A stretch of DNA of 58,710 nt, filler included, from Diploschistes diacapsis (Eukaryota): the NCBI GenBank assembly GCA_023645945.1. It is 6 parts of 6 records of this genome, joined end to end, with 100 filler letters (N's around TTAATTAATTAA, not from the genome) between each part and the next. Parts side by side here need not be neighbours in the genome. Positions count along the whole stretch, not along the records: positions 19,660 to 29,362 come from JALAIB010001002.1; positions 29,463 to 39,148 come from JALAIB010001003.1; 4 more parts are not named here. The stretch is one strand, 5' to 3'. Position numbers and translations under genes: made by a program. Below are positions 23,011-35,658 of this stretch, piece after piece (the stretch's first letter is position 1; each line of letters begins with the position of its first letter). The notes below the pieces were generated by a model. The model was given only the letters and a program-made list of their open reading frames with translations, made no database searches and had not been told where the DNA came from.

Positions 23011-24483
23011 TCAGAGGTCCGATTCAGCCTCATCTTGAGAACTCCCAGCCGTTTCATCGTCATGTGCAGTACTGAAGTTTTCCTGTAGGAAGTTTCGAAG
23101 CGTCTCGTCCTGGGCAGTGGCCGTGTGTGGCTCTTCCTCTTGAATTGCGAGGCTAGAGACGCGGCTGGCGCTGGAGGTATTTGAAGTGGATATAGCCGCC
23201 AGTGTTTGAGCTTCGATGTTTGCTCTGGCGATTGCGTGGTCCCTCTTTTCTTTCGCCCAGTCTATCGCATTCCTGAATGCAGTGGCTCCATCTTTGAATG
23301 TTTCGCGGTTGCTAGTCATAGACCACCCGTCGATTTGCGTCAAAATATATTCAGGGCGGTCTTTAGGATTCTTTGGCTGAATGCTGTGACTGGTGTACAT
23401 CTTCAATGTGCCACCATGATAAGTCGACGTAATTGCGTAAGCATTGCCGTCATAAGCTTCCCCATCCTTTGCATATGCCTTTATTGCGTGCATGGAACGC
23501 GCTCCTAAAGCGCCGTCATAACAGACTTGCCGTTCAGCCACTTCCAGAGAACCGCCTGGCCCCTTTGCCGCAAGACAAAAGTTTGGCAAGATTGGAAGAC
23601 TATTCTGTGTCGAAGGGACAATTAGCTTATGCAACTCATCCCGCACACGCCGATCGAGCTTCTCAGGACGTGCACCATGATAGACATCCGGGTTGCCCGG
23701 TACGAGTGTTCCATCAGTCATCTGACCGAGATTGGCGAAAGGGATCCCGCCTGAAATGCATCGGCTGTCTCTAATCTTGCCTTGGATGACAGGTATAACT
23801 GATGTGGTCACCTGCTTCTCCTTTCGAGCATTCGCATTTTCTCGTCTAAACTGTTTGAAATCGGCATCGGAGAATTTCGAAGATGACAGGGAGGGACGGG
23901 ATCGTTTGAGTCGTTCCCTTATTTCTTGTAGGTTCTCTGGCTGAGGTAGAGCCGTCCCATCAGGGTATTCATACTCCTCTGGATAAATGCTATGGTCAAT
24001 TAAGTGTTGTTCAAACGCACGGTCGTACGGCCCAGTGATTTTAGTAGGAAACGCTTTTGTAGTAGGATTCAAGCTCATCGTAATCTTTAGAGGGTTAACA
24101 GGGACTTGGAACTGGAAAGGTTAGTGTGTTTATAAAGCACGCTTGCTATCTCTTACACCTCTAAGATCCGTCAGATCAGGTCCTCCTTGTCTAGCGAACT
24201 GCTTCTCTTTACCCGATTGCTGCAACAAAGGTTCGCGAAGATGATGCTTGCCTCTCCACTCTGCCACTGCACCTCTGGTGACAGGCTTGCGACGTGTTGA
24301 GAGACGAAATGTTTCAGCGTTCTTGCGGTCCATTTCCCTTAAGGCGCCTCTGGTCAATGGAATGTTTGACAATCCGTCCCAAAATGCTGGAGACAGTCTG
24401 GGTTTTTCCGAAGAGCCTGTCTTCTGCCTCTTAGTACAACGATCGAGATCTCGTCGGTTTGAAAAGCTTGCTGATTTATACAT
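23011..24483 (-). CDS. Uncharacterised fungal family protein, possible PD-(D/E)xK-like fold; exons 24483-24157 and 24111-23011
   Basis: A 45-nt GTAAGA...CTAAC...CCAG intron joins two ORFs in frame. Family-like motifs FWDGLSNIPLTRGALREMDR, FARQGGPDLTDLRG, PDVYHGA, PNFCLAAKGP, YDGALGARSMH, STYHGGTLKMY. Confidence 0.75.
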
Positions 24484-24603
24484 CGTCGCTGTCGTGGGTT
24501 GAGGTAAAGTGGAGACTGCATACGGCGATCGATAGAAGTAATAGTGCAAGACATCATAAAAAGAAGCAGAATGGGAACGATGCTCACAAACGTGGATGAG
24601 CGC

Positions 24604-24693
24604 TGTCACATATGCCGAAAAGGGATGATATCCATGCGCTTTGTGTGCCCGTTGTCACATATGCCGGAAGGGATGATGTCCATGCGCTTTGTG
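24604..24693. repeat. Tandem direct repeat, two copies of about 42 bp
   Basis: TGTCACATATGCCGAAAAGGGATGATATCCATGCGCTTTGTG and TGTCACATATGCCGGAAGGGATGATGTCCATGCGCTTTGTG. Confidence 0.85.
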
Positions 24694-25247
24694 CTTTGTG
24701 TGCTCGAGCTGCACTTAAAACCCCCGGATGATTCAGAGCACCACCTGCTCTTCATCCTGTCAACATATAGCAGATAGCAGATAGCTAGAAAAAAAAGTAA
24801 GAGTTGGAGTCAGGTCCGAGGAAGGGAAGCATCACATCTAAGGATATCTATCGTACGTGTAGGAGGGGACTGGATTACTGTATGCTTTGAAATAGCTGTA
24901 CTAAGAAGAAGATAAAAAAACATGCCATAACTTAGTTGGACTTGCCGATGACAAAACAGACGGTGATGCTCCGATTACGTCCTAGAAAGTCACCTCCAAC
25001 GTTTCTTATCAATCTCTACAGTTCATTTGTCTTCGCGCCTTGTTCACTGTGGGCTACAAATATAATCGAAACTTATCTTAGCTACTATAGGCTTTTAATT
25101 TGTACAGCCGATCGGTAAAATCCACGGCTAGATCCACTCCAGCAATAACTCATGCGTGTGCAACGGCTGTTCTGAACAATCTCTTGGCAAGTAAGCCCGC
25201 TGGTTCAAAAAGAAGCATTTGCTCATCTCCGTGATCATGAGAAGCTT

Positions 25248-27256
25248 ATGAATCATGCCATAGGGAACCTGTTCGCGTCAAATCAAAGGCCCAGTTGTGG
25301 CATAATGTCGACGACTGCACTCACGCATAAGGGTGCCAAACAAGCACTAAGTTTGAACTCCGAAAACTCTATCTCCGAAGAGCCGCAGCGTATCACGAAG
25401 AAAAGCCACGCCTCCCATCTAGATATTGATACTGATTCAGTGTCTTCACTAACTGCTGGGTCATCTTCTGACGAGTCATCTGCCCCGACTACACCGTCGA
25501 CATATTTCCCTGAAAGCAATGGAAGGACTCAATTAGACGGAGGTTCTGCACCTCAAACGCCAAGCTCTCAGCGAAAGAGGCGCGCTTCTACGAAGCTCAT
25601 CTCAAGCTCCCCTTCTGATGTCCGAAGAATCTTAGGAGGCAGAGGGGGTACACAATATGTTGGCAAGGTTTGCTGTGGTGGAGGATGCTGTTTTCTTAGC
25701 GCTCCGCAACAACAGGACGCCGACTTCAACTTCACCCCAGTACAAGCTCCGACTAATGACGCGTTTCGGAGTCTGGGAATTGCGCTGGGGCCACTGAGTT
25801 TGGAGACCAAACTCACCAACACCGTGGAGCTGCCAGAAATGACTATGGCATTCGAATCCTTACAAGTAGAAATCACTTCACACTCGACCGTGGCAACTCA
25901 CCCGCCCTCCTTCGTTACGCCTCATCCACCCTATGACGTCTTCTCGTCGAAGGTGTATCACGCACGTGAGTTGACCAAATCAGGGGCAGAGAAAAGGACA
26001 TACCACTTCGACCTAGACGTTACAGATTATCCGGCCGAAGGTGGCGATGTTGATTTCGTTGTTGGCGGCGCTATCGGCGTCTGTGCTCCTAATTCCGCGG
26101 AAGTTGTCGATGACATCTTCATAGCGCTTGGTATACCTTCTTTCGTTCGCGATAAACGAATCCTACTACGAACGAAGAATGGTCGTTGGCCAACCATCTG
26201 GGGTGAGGAGCAACCGCGAGAGTTGGTCACCACCAGACGAGAGCTTTTGACCTGGTGTTCCGATGTGCAAAGCTTTCCACCAACGAAGATGATTCTGAGG
26301 GTTCTTGCTGAGTATGCAGAAGACCCGAACGAAAAGCAGATTCTGTTGTTTCTATCTTCTGCACAAGGGCAAGCAGCCTTTTGTGATCTAAGGACCGGAC
26401 CGAATATCACTCTCTCACATCTGTTGAACGCTTTTCGCTCGTCACGACCACCACTGCCGCACTTGCTATCTGTCCTCAACACTCTTATGCCCCGCTTCTA
26501 TTCTCTATCGCAAGACCCTCATGTCTCTTGCCAACGAGACGGTACGAGCCGCCGTCGTCTAATAGAGATAGCAGTCACGGTTCACGAAGCTCCGAATTGG
26601 CGCGGGGGACCCAGGACAGGCGTCGGTTCTGGGTTTCTGGAGCGGATAGCATGTAGAATACAGGAGGCTGAAAAGAATAATGTTTCGGTGGAAAGTCTTG
26701 ATTTACGGATCCCGTTGTTCCGAGGTCTCATGGCGAATCCCTTGGCGCGGGAATTCAAATCAGATGGGCCAATGTTGCTTGTAGGTGCCGGTGTTGGTAT
26801 TGCTCCTTTCCGCGGATTCGTGCAGCGCAGGCTGAGATCAGCCAACTGCGCAAATAAAGTGTGGGTTCTACAAGGGGTCAGGGACTCACTGCTAGACGAG
26901 CTCTATAGCGGCGAATGGGGTGTAGAGGAAGAGCGAATCAAGAAAGTAGTGCAAAGCCGGAGCGGTAAAGGCAAGTATGTTCAGGAAGAGGTTCGCAACC
27001 AGGCAGACCTTGTTTGGTACATCATCAATGCTGTTGACGGCCGCATCTTTGTGTGTGGGAGTACCAAAGGCATGGGCGAAGGAGTGGAAAAGGCGTTGGT
27101 TGATGTTGCAATGGACAAGGCGAACCTTAACCGAGATGAAGCGGTTGCGTTTTGGGAGCAGAAGAAAGCAGAGGGGCAATACATTGCAGTAAGTTTGGTT
27201 TAAATGTCATTTTGACAAGCGGGTGAAAGCTAACTTCACTATAGGAGACCTGGTAG
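25248..27256 (+). CDS. FAD/NADPH-binding reductase (methionine synthase reductase/CYPOR-like) without a flavodoxin domain; final intron 27189-27244; start may be 25305
   Basis: PRFYSLS (FAD), GVGSGFL, MLLVGAGVGIAPFRGF (NADPH), KYVQE, IFVCGS, terminal YIA|ETW*; N-terminal Ser-rich region and CCGGGCC. Confidence 0.85.
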
Positions 27257-29304
27257 TTGGCTACCGTAATTTTGTCATTTTATTCCTGGAATAACGCGGG
27301 CCACGCTTCCTTGAATATGATGACATGAAGCTTCGCGAACGACAGATTAATTGAATCAGGCGGTTAGCATTCTCGGACAGTTCAGATAAAGCGTGCAGCC
27401 GCCTCACGGCATTTCAGCAAACCTCTGTATGTGTGCGATGGGCGTGTAGGGCATGGCCTCTCGCATACTCGTCAACTTTGCAATTGTACATATCTGACTA
27501 ATGATCATGAGCTTGAAAAATGCCCATCTATCGGTTTGAGGCAGTTTCATCGGCTGTCTTAACCGAACCAGCTGTTGTTCACTAGGTTTGCCTCGAAGAC
27601 TTGCTGAAGAGATTTTCGCCAGCGCAGCTAAGCTTGATCATTGCAACCTTGACTAATACAGGAGAGTGTGAGGTACTGTCAGTCTTCAGCCCTTTCGAAT
27701 ATGGCAGTGAAAAATCATAGAAGAAGTTTGAAATTTTCGACTTACATGGTGATGTTGGAGCGCCTGTTGCTCTTGTGTATCTGTCACGCTCGATGTCTGA
27801 TGTTTTGGCGTCACGTGCTGCTTATATAGTAGCAACCCTCTGTATTGGAAATTACCTCCCCCTTTGAGTTTATACGATTGATCTCAGGTGTTTGAAACCA
27901 GCATCGTGATTCTGCGGACTTGAGTTCAACCCGAGTTCCAAATTCGCAATGGGACATTCCCATCAGGGAAGGACGGAGTTGTGGGCTCCGCAGGATTTGT
28001 GAGCAGTCAGCTAGGTTCGAGTCCTCTTTTTGACGGGACCCAAGGGAATCTGTTAGTATCTGGAAAAGCGGTGAAGTCTCCCATCCCCAACAAAGTTGCG
28101 GCCTCGGTGTTGCGGGGATATCAATGATCTCCAATGGGATGAAGCAGCCAAAAGCCAGGATACCGATGTGTCAACATAGGGCTAAGCTATGGTCTTGATG
28201 TACGACATTGCCGATCTGCTTGAATAACCGAGGGGAAGGATGCCCTGGATGCATACATTAAGTTAGAGGTGCCTTATAAACGATTAGTAAGAGGCTATGT
28301 CAAGACGCGCGCGCCTTCAACAGGTGTGAACGGCAGTCTAGGGAATAACTCCTTAGGTTGAATTCACCGAATTGTTTACATTACACGCTCAGTACGAGCC
28401 AATAATCAGATGCTAGCTACAATGATCCCCTCAGAGAGTTTGAGGTCGGATAGAGCCGCAGACGGGCTCAGAAAGCCATGAACCGGCCAACGTCTGTCCT
28501 GCTGGACAGCCCGCACGTTGTACGAGATTGCCTGGATCATAGGGAGGCGAACCAAGCGCCCCTCCATCAATCAGTCTTTCGATCAGGTATCAGTGTGCTC
28601 GATAACAAGAGCCGCACAGCGGTGCGTCATTGTGCGTTTCCGAAGCAAAAGTGTGGTTGTCTTGGAGCCTCTATAAAAACTTCGATCACATGTTATGCCT
28701 TGTCCCCTTTCACTATGATCTTCATACACAAGGTACCCTCGTGCGAAAATCACCATCAGCCTAGAGATAGATGGTTGCCGATAAAGGTGCGGGGGACAGT
28801 CCCCTCAGCATCCCAAACTTTTCACGATGTCGTCCTCGGATGCTCGTCGCCCCCAAAACCTCTGCTCTCACCGTTTTGCTCAAGTAGGCAACGCAACTTG
28901 GCAGCTAAGAAGTGACAGTGAGCGGACGCCACATGCAGCAGTACAGGCATTTTCCTTTCAATCGACCGATATTTGGTGGAGACACGTCCAGTCAGAGATC
29001 AATGGCACCCTACCCACCTGTGATGCTAGGTTGTGCAATGCCCTTTGCAATGCCTCTCCTGCAAGTGGACCGTTGTTGAGAAAAAAAAACTGTTCTGGCG
29101 TCATGGGAAAGACCGTACATGTAGGTTACCCCACAGCACAGCACAGCACAGCAACGACAACAATCGTTTTTTCGTTTTTCGGCGTGAGTGAGTGGTTCGC
29201 ATACGCAGTACCTGTAACCCCGGACGAGGAACCCTAGAGTACACGCTTGGCCTTCAAAAAACCTGCTGGGTCAATGCAACGTCGGGATCAAGGCTTTTAA
29301 TTAT

Positions 29305-29332
29305 CACCACCACCACCACCACCACCACCACC
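29305..29332. repeat. (CAC)n microsatellite
   Basis: About 9 CAC units near the contig end. Confidence 0.85.
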
Positions 29333-29362
29333 TCTACTAACTAGTCTGCTTTCATTCTTCAC

Positions 29363-29462
29363 NNNNNNNNNNNNNNNNNNNNNNNNNNNNNNNNNNNNNN
29401 NNNNNNTTAATTAATTAANNNNNNNNNNNNNNNNNNNNNNNNNNNNNNNNNNNNNNNNNNNN
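29363..29462. other. Artificial contig spacer
   Basis: 100-nt N block with TTAATTAATTAA. Confidence 0.98.
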
Positions 29463-29599
29463 ACAGATAGGAATCCCTTTTGGAATTACTCAAGTGCGCA
29501 GGCAATTGTTAAGAGTTTCAATTCATCTTGTCGTTCGCTGTTGAATCCTCTTTCGGTTTTTGAAACAAGCTCCGTGTCTTATCTTTTAATAGCTTCACT

Positions 29600-30422
29600 G
29601 AAATCTTTTATAGGGGAAAGGTTTCAACCTCTCGCACCCAAAGTCGCCACCCCTTGTCTTGGGTCCATTCGTTACCTTCCTCTGCAGTCATACAATACCT
29701 TGGGATGCTTCTCGCCAAGATCCACCAGTGTCTTGACAGTTCCTCCACCACACGTATCCTGTTGAATACTGGAAGTTGTTTGCACCGCGGCGTTCATCCG
29801 CGTATATGTATCGCCTGATTGACCGACGGACATAATGTCTCGTCCAGGTGTAGTGAAGCCATGATATCTCATCAGAGTGACTGTATAGTCTGGCGATAGA
29901 GACGTTTCACTTCTTTGTAAATGCATGTGCCAGCGAAGATCTAAGGCGCGTATTGTCAATAAGCATGTGGTGCTGTAGCTATTGGAGTAGACTTCGCAAT
30001 GTTTAGACTGATATAATCACCTGACATATTAGTACCTTGTGCGAGGGTCTTGTGAATAGCACACGCTGCCCAAAACACTAGCCATATGGTTGGAGCCGGA
30101 AAGTCCCAATGGTGCAAGGACAGATTTCTTCTGCATGGCTATGTATAACGCAGTTCACTCCCGGAAAACGCTTATGTGGCTCCCATGAATGAAACGCTCC
30201 GAATAATCCTTTCCGACCTTTTGGACTGACGGAGGCATGCAACCCGCACATAATACGGCGATCAGTGTCGAACCGAGATATGTCCAAAAGCAACTACGAT
30301 CTTATAATAGCGCAGGATATGATCCGTCGTTACTCGATCTCGTAGTGTCTGCAAACACGTCAGCCTGGAAGATCGAGATAGGCAAGACCGCATCTTACTG
30401 GCTGAAGCTTTGAAGGGGGCAT
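29600..30422 (-). pseudogene. Class II aldolase/adducin-family pseudogene
   Basis: Fragments in different frames: DHILRYYKIVVAFGHISVRH, KRFPGVNCVIHSHAEE, TLMRYHGFTT, YTRMNAAVQTT, TQDKGWRLWVREVE; interrupted by frameshifts and stops. Confidence 0.78.
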
Positions 30423-30974
30423 CTTGAAGGATCAAAATTTGTACAGCCCGTGGTTATCGGCTTCATAAAGAAAAAGGGAAACGATCCGGGGTAAGTTGCG
30501 ATACATCCTGAATCGCTGGGGAGGCGCTAATGATATAAAAAATTACAGTGACTGGCAAGCAAAGGAGGTGTCTCTAATCTGATATGCAGGCCTACCTACT
30601 TTCTTGACCCGGGGCTTGTGGCAGCAATTCTTGATGAAGAAGGGATACAATTCCGTGTGACATTCTGAGGGGTCTAGGTGATAGTTCTTTTGGATGAACA
30701 TTAACGTCTGAGCGTCTAGAGACCTTAAAGCTCTCCAGCGTCTCTTACAGTGCTTCATGGCAGTAGTGCTCGGATCTACCCAAGGACATGAGATTTGTAG
30801 GTTAGGGTTGACATCTTGCTTTGCTCGTTGATCTATTATCTCAGGGGTATTGACATTTCGAATGACTTTATAGAGCGCCAGCCAACAAATATTCCAACAT
30901 ATCGCCGCATTGCACGAGTTGAAAGTCGCTACAAAATACGGCTTTCTTATAAGATTCAAGGCTTTCTTCCAATG

Positions 30975-32410
30975 TCATCTACTGTCGGTGGCACTGGCAG
31001 CAGATCCTTTGATTCCACGGGGATGAGATTCCACTTGGAAAGACTTCGACACCAATGCGGTATTATCCGGTACCTCCTGCGTTTCACGGAGGGTATCGAG
31101 CGACGAGCTGAAGGGATTTCCAGTGACCGTGACCGTCCTTTCATTCTTAGGATTGTATGAGCTGCCGGCCTCGAGGTTGCTGAGCTCATTGTCCGTATTC
31201 GTGTCCAAGGTCTCGATCATGTAAGGGTCTTTCCCTCCACTCTTGTGTCTGCTGTTACCCGATCCGCCACCAATGCTGAAATTGGCGTATCTAAGCTTCT
31301 TGGCCCTTCCATTTGGACCATATTGGGCCGGCACGTGAGCTTGACCAAAGAAATGGCGGAAGAACGAAGGCATTACAGGCATGCACCCCACAACGATGCC
31401 GGCAGCTTGTTCCGCAACAGCCATGAGCGTGACGTCGTTTAGGATGACTGTTTGATTTTCACTGTCCGCAACCGCAACTTGCCAGCCAAGACGCGCGATG
31501 CTAGAGCCAACAGCGCTTAATTGTTAGTCGTCGATTGGTTGTATTTCATTGGCTCTACTTACATCAAGCCGACCGCAAAGATAATGGACATTCCAAGCTT
31601 TTGACGGCTCTGCATGTGAAGGCCCCAAATGCCATAAATGGGGATAACCAACATGACGATGTCGGAAATAACGTTGATAACAGAGCTCAAGACCAGTAGA
31701 AGAAAGTCGTTGATGCATTGAGACGAGGGCCCGGTTTTGCCTACGCACTGCAGAAGCACGACCAGTACCAGGGCAATAGCGTAAAGAACGTTAAACCAGG
31801 CAGTTCCGACGGTCCACCAGTAGAGTTTGTTCTTTGATGTTCCGGGAGGATTAAAAATGCGCAGGAAGAGGAGCAGGATGGACAGCTTGACGAAAAGGAT
31901 CGAAATTCTAGCGACGATCTCTACGTCGGCCCAAAGCTGATATGGTATTAGCATAGAACTGGCATGGGGAAAATCTTTTGGCCTACCTTTCCATAGGCTT
32001 GAACATGAGCTTTTGGGACATTCCACTGATCTGTGCCGGCGCCATAGCCAAGGGCAACGAAGGACATGGCAGCAAGCCCGACTAAGCCAATCTGCGATAC
32101 ATTTGAGCGGGTGCGTACGCATGCGCAGCGGAACACCAACCCAGCCAATGAGCATGGTCCCTGGGATGAAATTAGACGTGCTATCAGGCTTGAAGTGTGC
32201 GAACATACAATCATCCCATTTAATGGGACCTTTAATGAAATACCTTGTGCACATGCGGATGAGGACCATTGGCGTCGTCAACACAAGGTATATGACCATA
32301 ACGATAATGGTGATGTTCCCCTGGGAAGGGGGATTGACCATATTTGGGACGACACCAGGCGGCGGCGTCAAGCCAGGCTCAAGATTCGGATTCGCTGTTG
32401 TATTAGCCAT
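30975..32410 (-). CDS. PTH11-like integral membrane protein (fungal rhodopsin-domain GPCR-like, no CFEM domain), 5 exons
   Basis: PPPGVVPNMVNP, IRMCTR..I...IKWDD, GAGTDQWNV, ILFVKLSILLLFLRIF, INVISDIVMLVIPIYGIWGLHM..RQKLG, AEQAAGIVVGCMPVMPSFF; GT-AG introns restore the frame. Confidence 0.88.
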
Positions 32411-33559
32411 CTTCGATACCTGAAGCTATCCAAAGCCGGAGGAGGCACGTAAACACAGGAAGCAAAGACGGAAAACAAAGCGATCCGGGTCCAGCATATA
32501 GGAAGGCCTCTGAACTATTCGGCGCCGACAACGATGAGGCATGCTGATGAGAGTATATAGGTCTGCGCTTGGACTGGCCATTCTCTCGCATGTCAGACAT
32601 GCAGATGATCAATGGCAACCTCCAGGGTTACAGAATGCCCAGCATGCATACCCTCGCAAAATGGTGCATACTATGCACGCAGCTGGGTTCTAGCGACATG
32701 CAGGTAGTTCTACGTCGCATGGTGGACAACCTTGCGCGACAGAAATTCAACTTTTAGGAATCACACCTTGTTTCCGGTGTGGTTGCAGACGGCCCGAGCT
32801 AAGACTGCGGCCATACACCAACTGTCAAACTCAGTAAGCAAAAAGGCAAAAATCCCAAGTAATAACAGAGGAGCCTTGGGCCTCGATAAGGAACAGTGCA
32901 CACGGACGTTAGAAGAAAGGGAGCCAAGAAGCATTTCGAAACGTGCCAGCGCGAGAAAGCGGTTAGAGCAACAACAAGAACCAATTAGGAGACGGGAACA
33001 GCCTAGTCGGCATAAGCTTTGTGTTCGTCAATCTTGGCCTGAGAGCGTCACTGAATGATTGATTGCAACTTTAGCATGAAGCCCCTCGCAGGTTCTCAAA
33101 GGCGTGCCTGGGTGTCTCGAGACAAGTCGTCGTAATAATGATGATCTGGTATCCCAAGATTGGGCTGGCTCGGGCGTACACTCCGTTTTAGTTTGCATTC
33201 GTTGTGTTAAGGTTGCACCGCAGATAGCAGGCCTATAGCCCAAGCCCCATCTCATGGCACTGGACCAGGGGGAACAGGCGAATCCCGTTTGACTCGGGAG
33301 TCAGGAGCACCAACTACCATACTACTGCGTATACGTTAAGTTAGGGTTATGTGCATTTCCTTCAGTAATTCTCATTATCAGCTATGGCTCGTATCATGAT
33401 GGTATGTGTAATACATACGAAGTACTATGGGAACTAGATATAAAACCCAGATATCAACTAAACTACTTGGTAGACACACTATATACTACATGTGGAGAGT
33501 GAGCCGGAGCAGGGGAGCAGGTGGCTGTTTAACTTGTTACTTGATCTCGCTTAAGATGC

Positions 33560-33675
33560 AGTAGTAGTAGTAATAGTAGCAGTAGTAATAGTAAGTAGTA
33601 GGAGTAGTAGTAATAATAGTAGCAGTAGTAATAGCAGTAGTAGTAGTAACTTAGTAGTAGTAGTAGTAGTAGTAG
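33560..33675. repeat. Compound (AGT/TAG)n microsatellite
   Basis: About 115 bp of AGT units with AAT/AGC/AGG variants. Confidence 0.92.
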
Positions 33676-34111
33676 ACTGAAAGGCAACACCCGCACAACT
33701 CCAATTCTGTGATAGCTTGCTTGCTTGGGGGCTGGAGCTAATGCACCCTCCAAAGCATTTTCCACTTGGCAATTTCTTCTTGTATGGCACTGGCACGGCA
33801 AGTCTCACATACGCCACTTCTAGATACTTGTATATCCTGTACGGTTGCAGTATTCCGCCGAAAGACATGGCTGGAAAATATGTCTCGAAGTAGATTCGTC
33901 TCGTCACTGATCCAGACTTGAAATGGGAAAGTGTGTTTAATGAGCCGATGTAATGTAGAAAAAGAAAGCTAAAGCTCTCTGCATGCATGCTGGATAGATT
34001 ACATCTTCAGCTCCCACCTCGCATTACTTGCTCTTTTATATCTCAAAGCCTCCGTTTCGAGCCACTTTCTGCCTTGCTCCCTTGACCCGCGCTTTTCTGC
34101 CTCTTGTCGCC

Positions 34112-34675
34112 ATGTATCTCATCTGGCCGTTGTTGCTCTTGCAGGCAGCCATTGCCCTTGCAGCGCCAAGCTATCTTAACCTCACAGCCATCTCTGCCGC
34201 CAATGGCGAGTCTACCCTCGAGTGCTGGCAACTTTCTTCTCCCTTCGCCGTCTCGAATCAAGCGGGCACGTCAGGAACTGCCATAGGCCATCTCGGCGAC
34301 GTCGCCAATGCCACATTTACCATTCTTCCCGCAAAATTCAACGGCGGAGCACACAATGCGCCCAGCGTACAGTATGTGCTTACCGTGTCCATGACCTGCA
34401 ACTTCTGATCCATCCATCGCAGGTATGTGGCATTCACCTCGGGAGAGGCTGTCGTTTCCCTACCGAGCTCGAGCCAGACCGCCAAAGTAAAAGGCGGCAA
34501 ATACGGCCTCATCCTCGCTGCCGATACGGCCAGCGTCAGCAAGCAGGGCCACATCACCACCTACCCTTCCGGCCACGAGACGATTGCACTGCAGATTCCA
34601 ACTGCCGGAGGCGCCATACCCGCCCACACCGTCCTTCATGACGGAGCTTGTACTTCCGCCGAGCAAGCTTACTAG
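34112..34675 (+). CDS. Small secreted protein (cupin-like fungal family), intron 34372-34422
   Basis: Signal peptide MYLIWPLLLLQAAIALA; LNLTAISAANGESTLECWQL, GAHNAPSVQ|YVAFTSG, GLILAADT, GHITTYP, HTVLHDGAC. Confidence 0.82.
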
Positions 34676-35658
34676 CAACTAGTTGGTGGCACCGAGGCCG
34701 CCGATATGCGGGACCTTGAAGCCACCATTTCTCAAAGAGCCATCTCAGCTGTTGGCGGAGCGTTTATCATTGGGTATATACTGTGGCGCCACTTTAGAGG
34801 ATGAAGTTACAGATTGTACGATAGCAAAAGCATTTCGCAGCCTGTCCCATGTCAAGAACAGTAGATTATTTACTCAGGTCCAACGGTTTCATAATATATA
34901 TGCGGCCAGGGAAACTATACGTCGCACACTCCACGTGGCAGAAGCCGCGCATCGTGCAACTCTATATCCTTGGTTGCAGCCCATGCTGTGTTTCCACGTG
35001 ACCCTTAATTTGTTGCTGACCATGTATCATTGCTTCTTCCATGTTATGGGCTTGGTAGCCGATGTTCAGAAGTCCATCTATTCTACAGATCTGCTTGTGC
35101 ATGCCCCCCGTGAAGGATGATTCTGCTCATGGTCTAATCCCCAAATCATACTATCGGTTATCAAAACTGTATCGTCAGTCCACAGAACTCCTCCACAACC
35201 ATTCCATGGGAACATTGAGTGCTTCACAAAAACCCCTTCAGGTTTCTTCTTTCGGCTGCTGACTGATGACCGTTTTCTGCAGGAGCATAAATTATCATAT
35301 GCACTTACATACTCTGAACCAATCATCACCTCCGATCCGCGAGAATGAGGTTGCGGAATGCCACCCTCTTGCAACGCTGGTAAAGGCTCTGTAGTTGGTT
35401 GACCTCCGAGCTTCGACAAAATCGGGTCAATATAGGCGAATTCTGAGCGTTGACCCGCTGGAGGAGCCGTCTTCGCGTCCTAGTCACCAAGAATGGAGGA
35501 CAAAATACAACGGTCGTGTATCCCTTTCTTAAATTTACAGTTCAGGCGAAGCCATGGCGTATCAGAAGTCTATGTCTCGTCCATCTATGAGAGATGATGT
35601 GGGAACAAAAGACTGGACGGGGGCTCAGAAGGATTCTGGAAGCACACCAAGGTCTGCA

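Noticed and set aside
25248..30422. Metabolic cluster linking the reductase and the aldolase pseudogene
   Set aside because: They lie on different contigs separated by an artificial spacer.
33529..33988. Poly-Leu/Tyr/Thr ORFs
   Set aside because: Translations of the AGT microsatellite.
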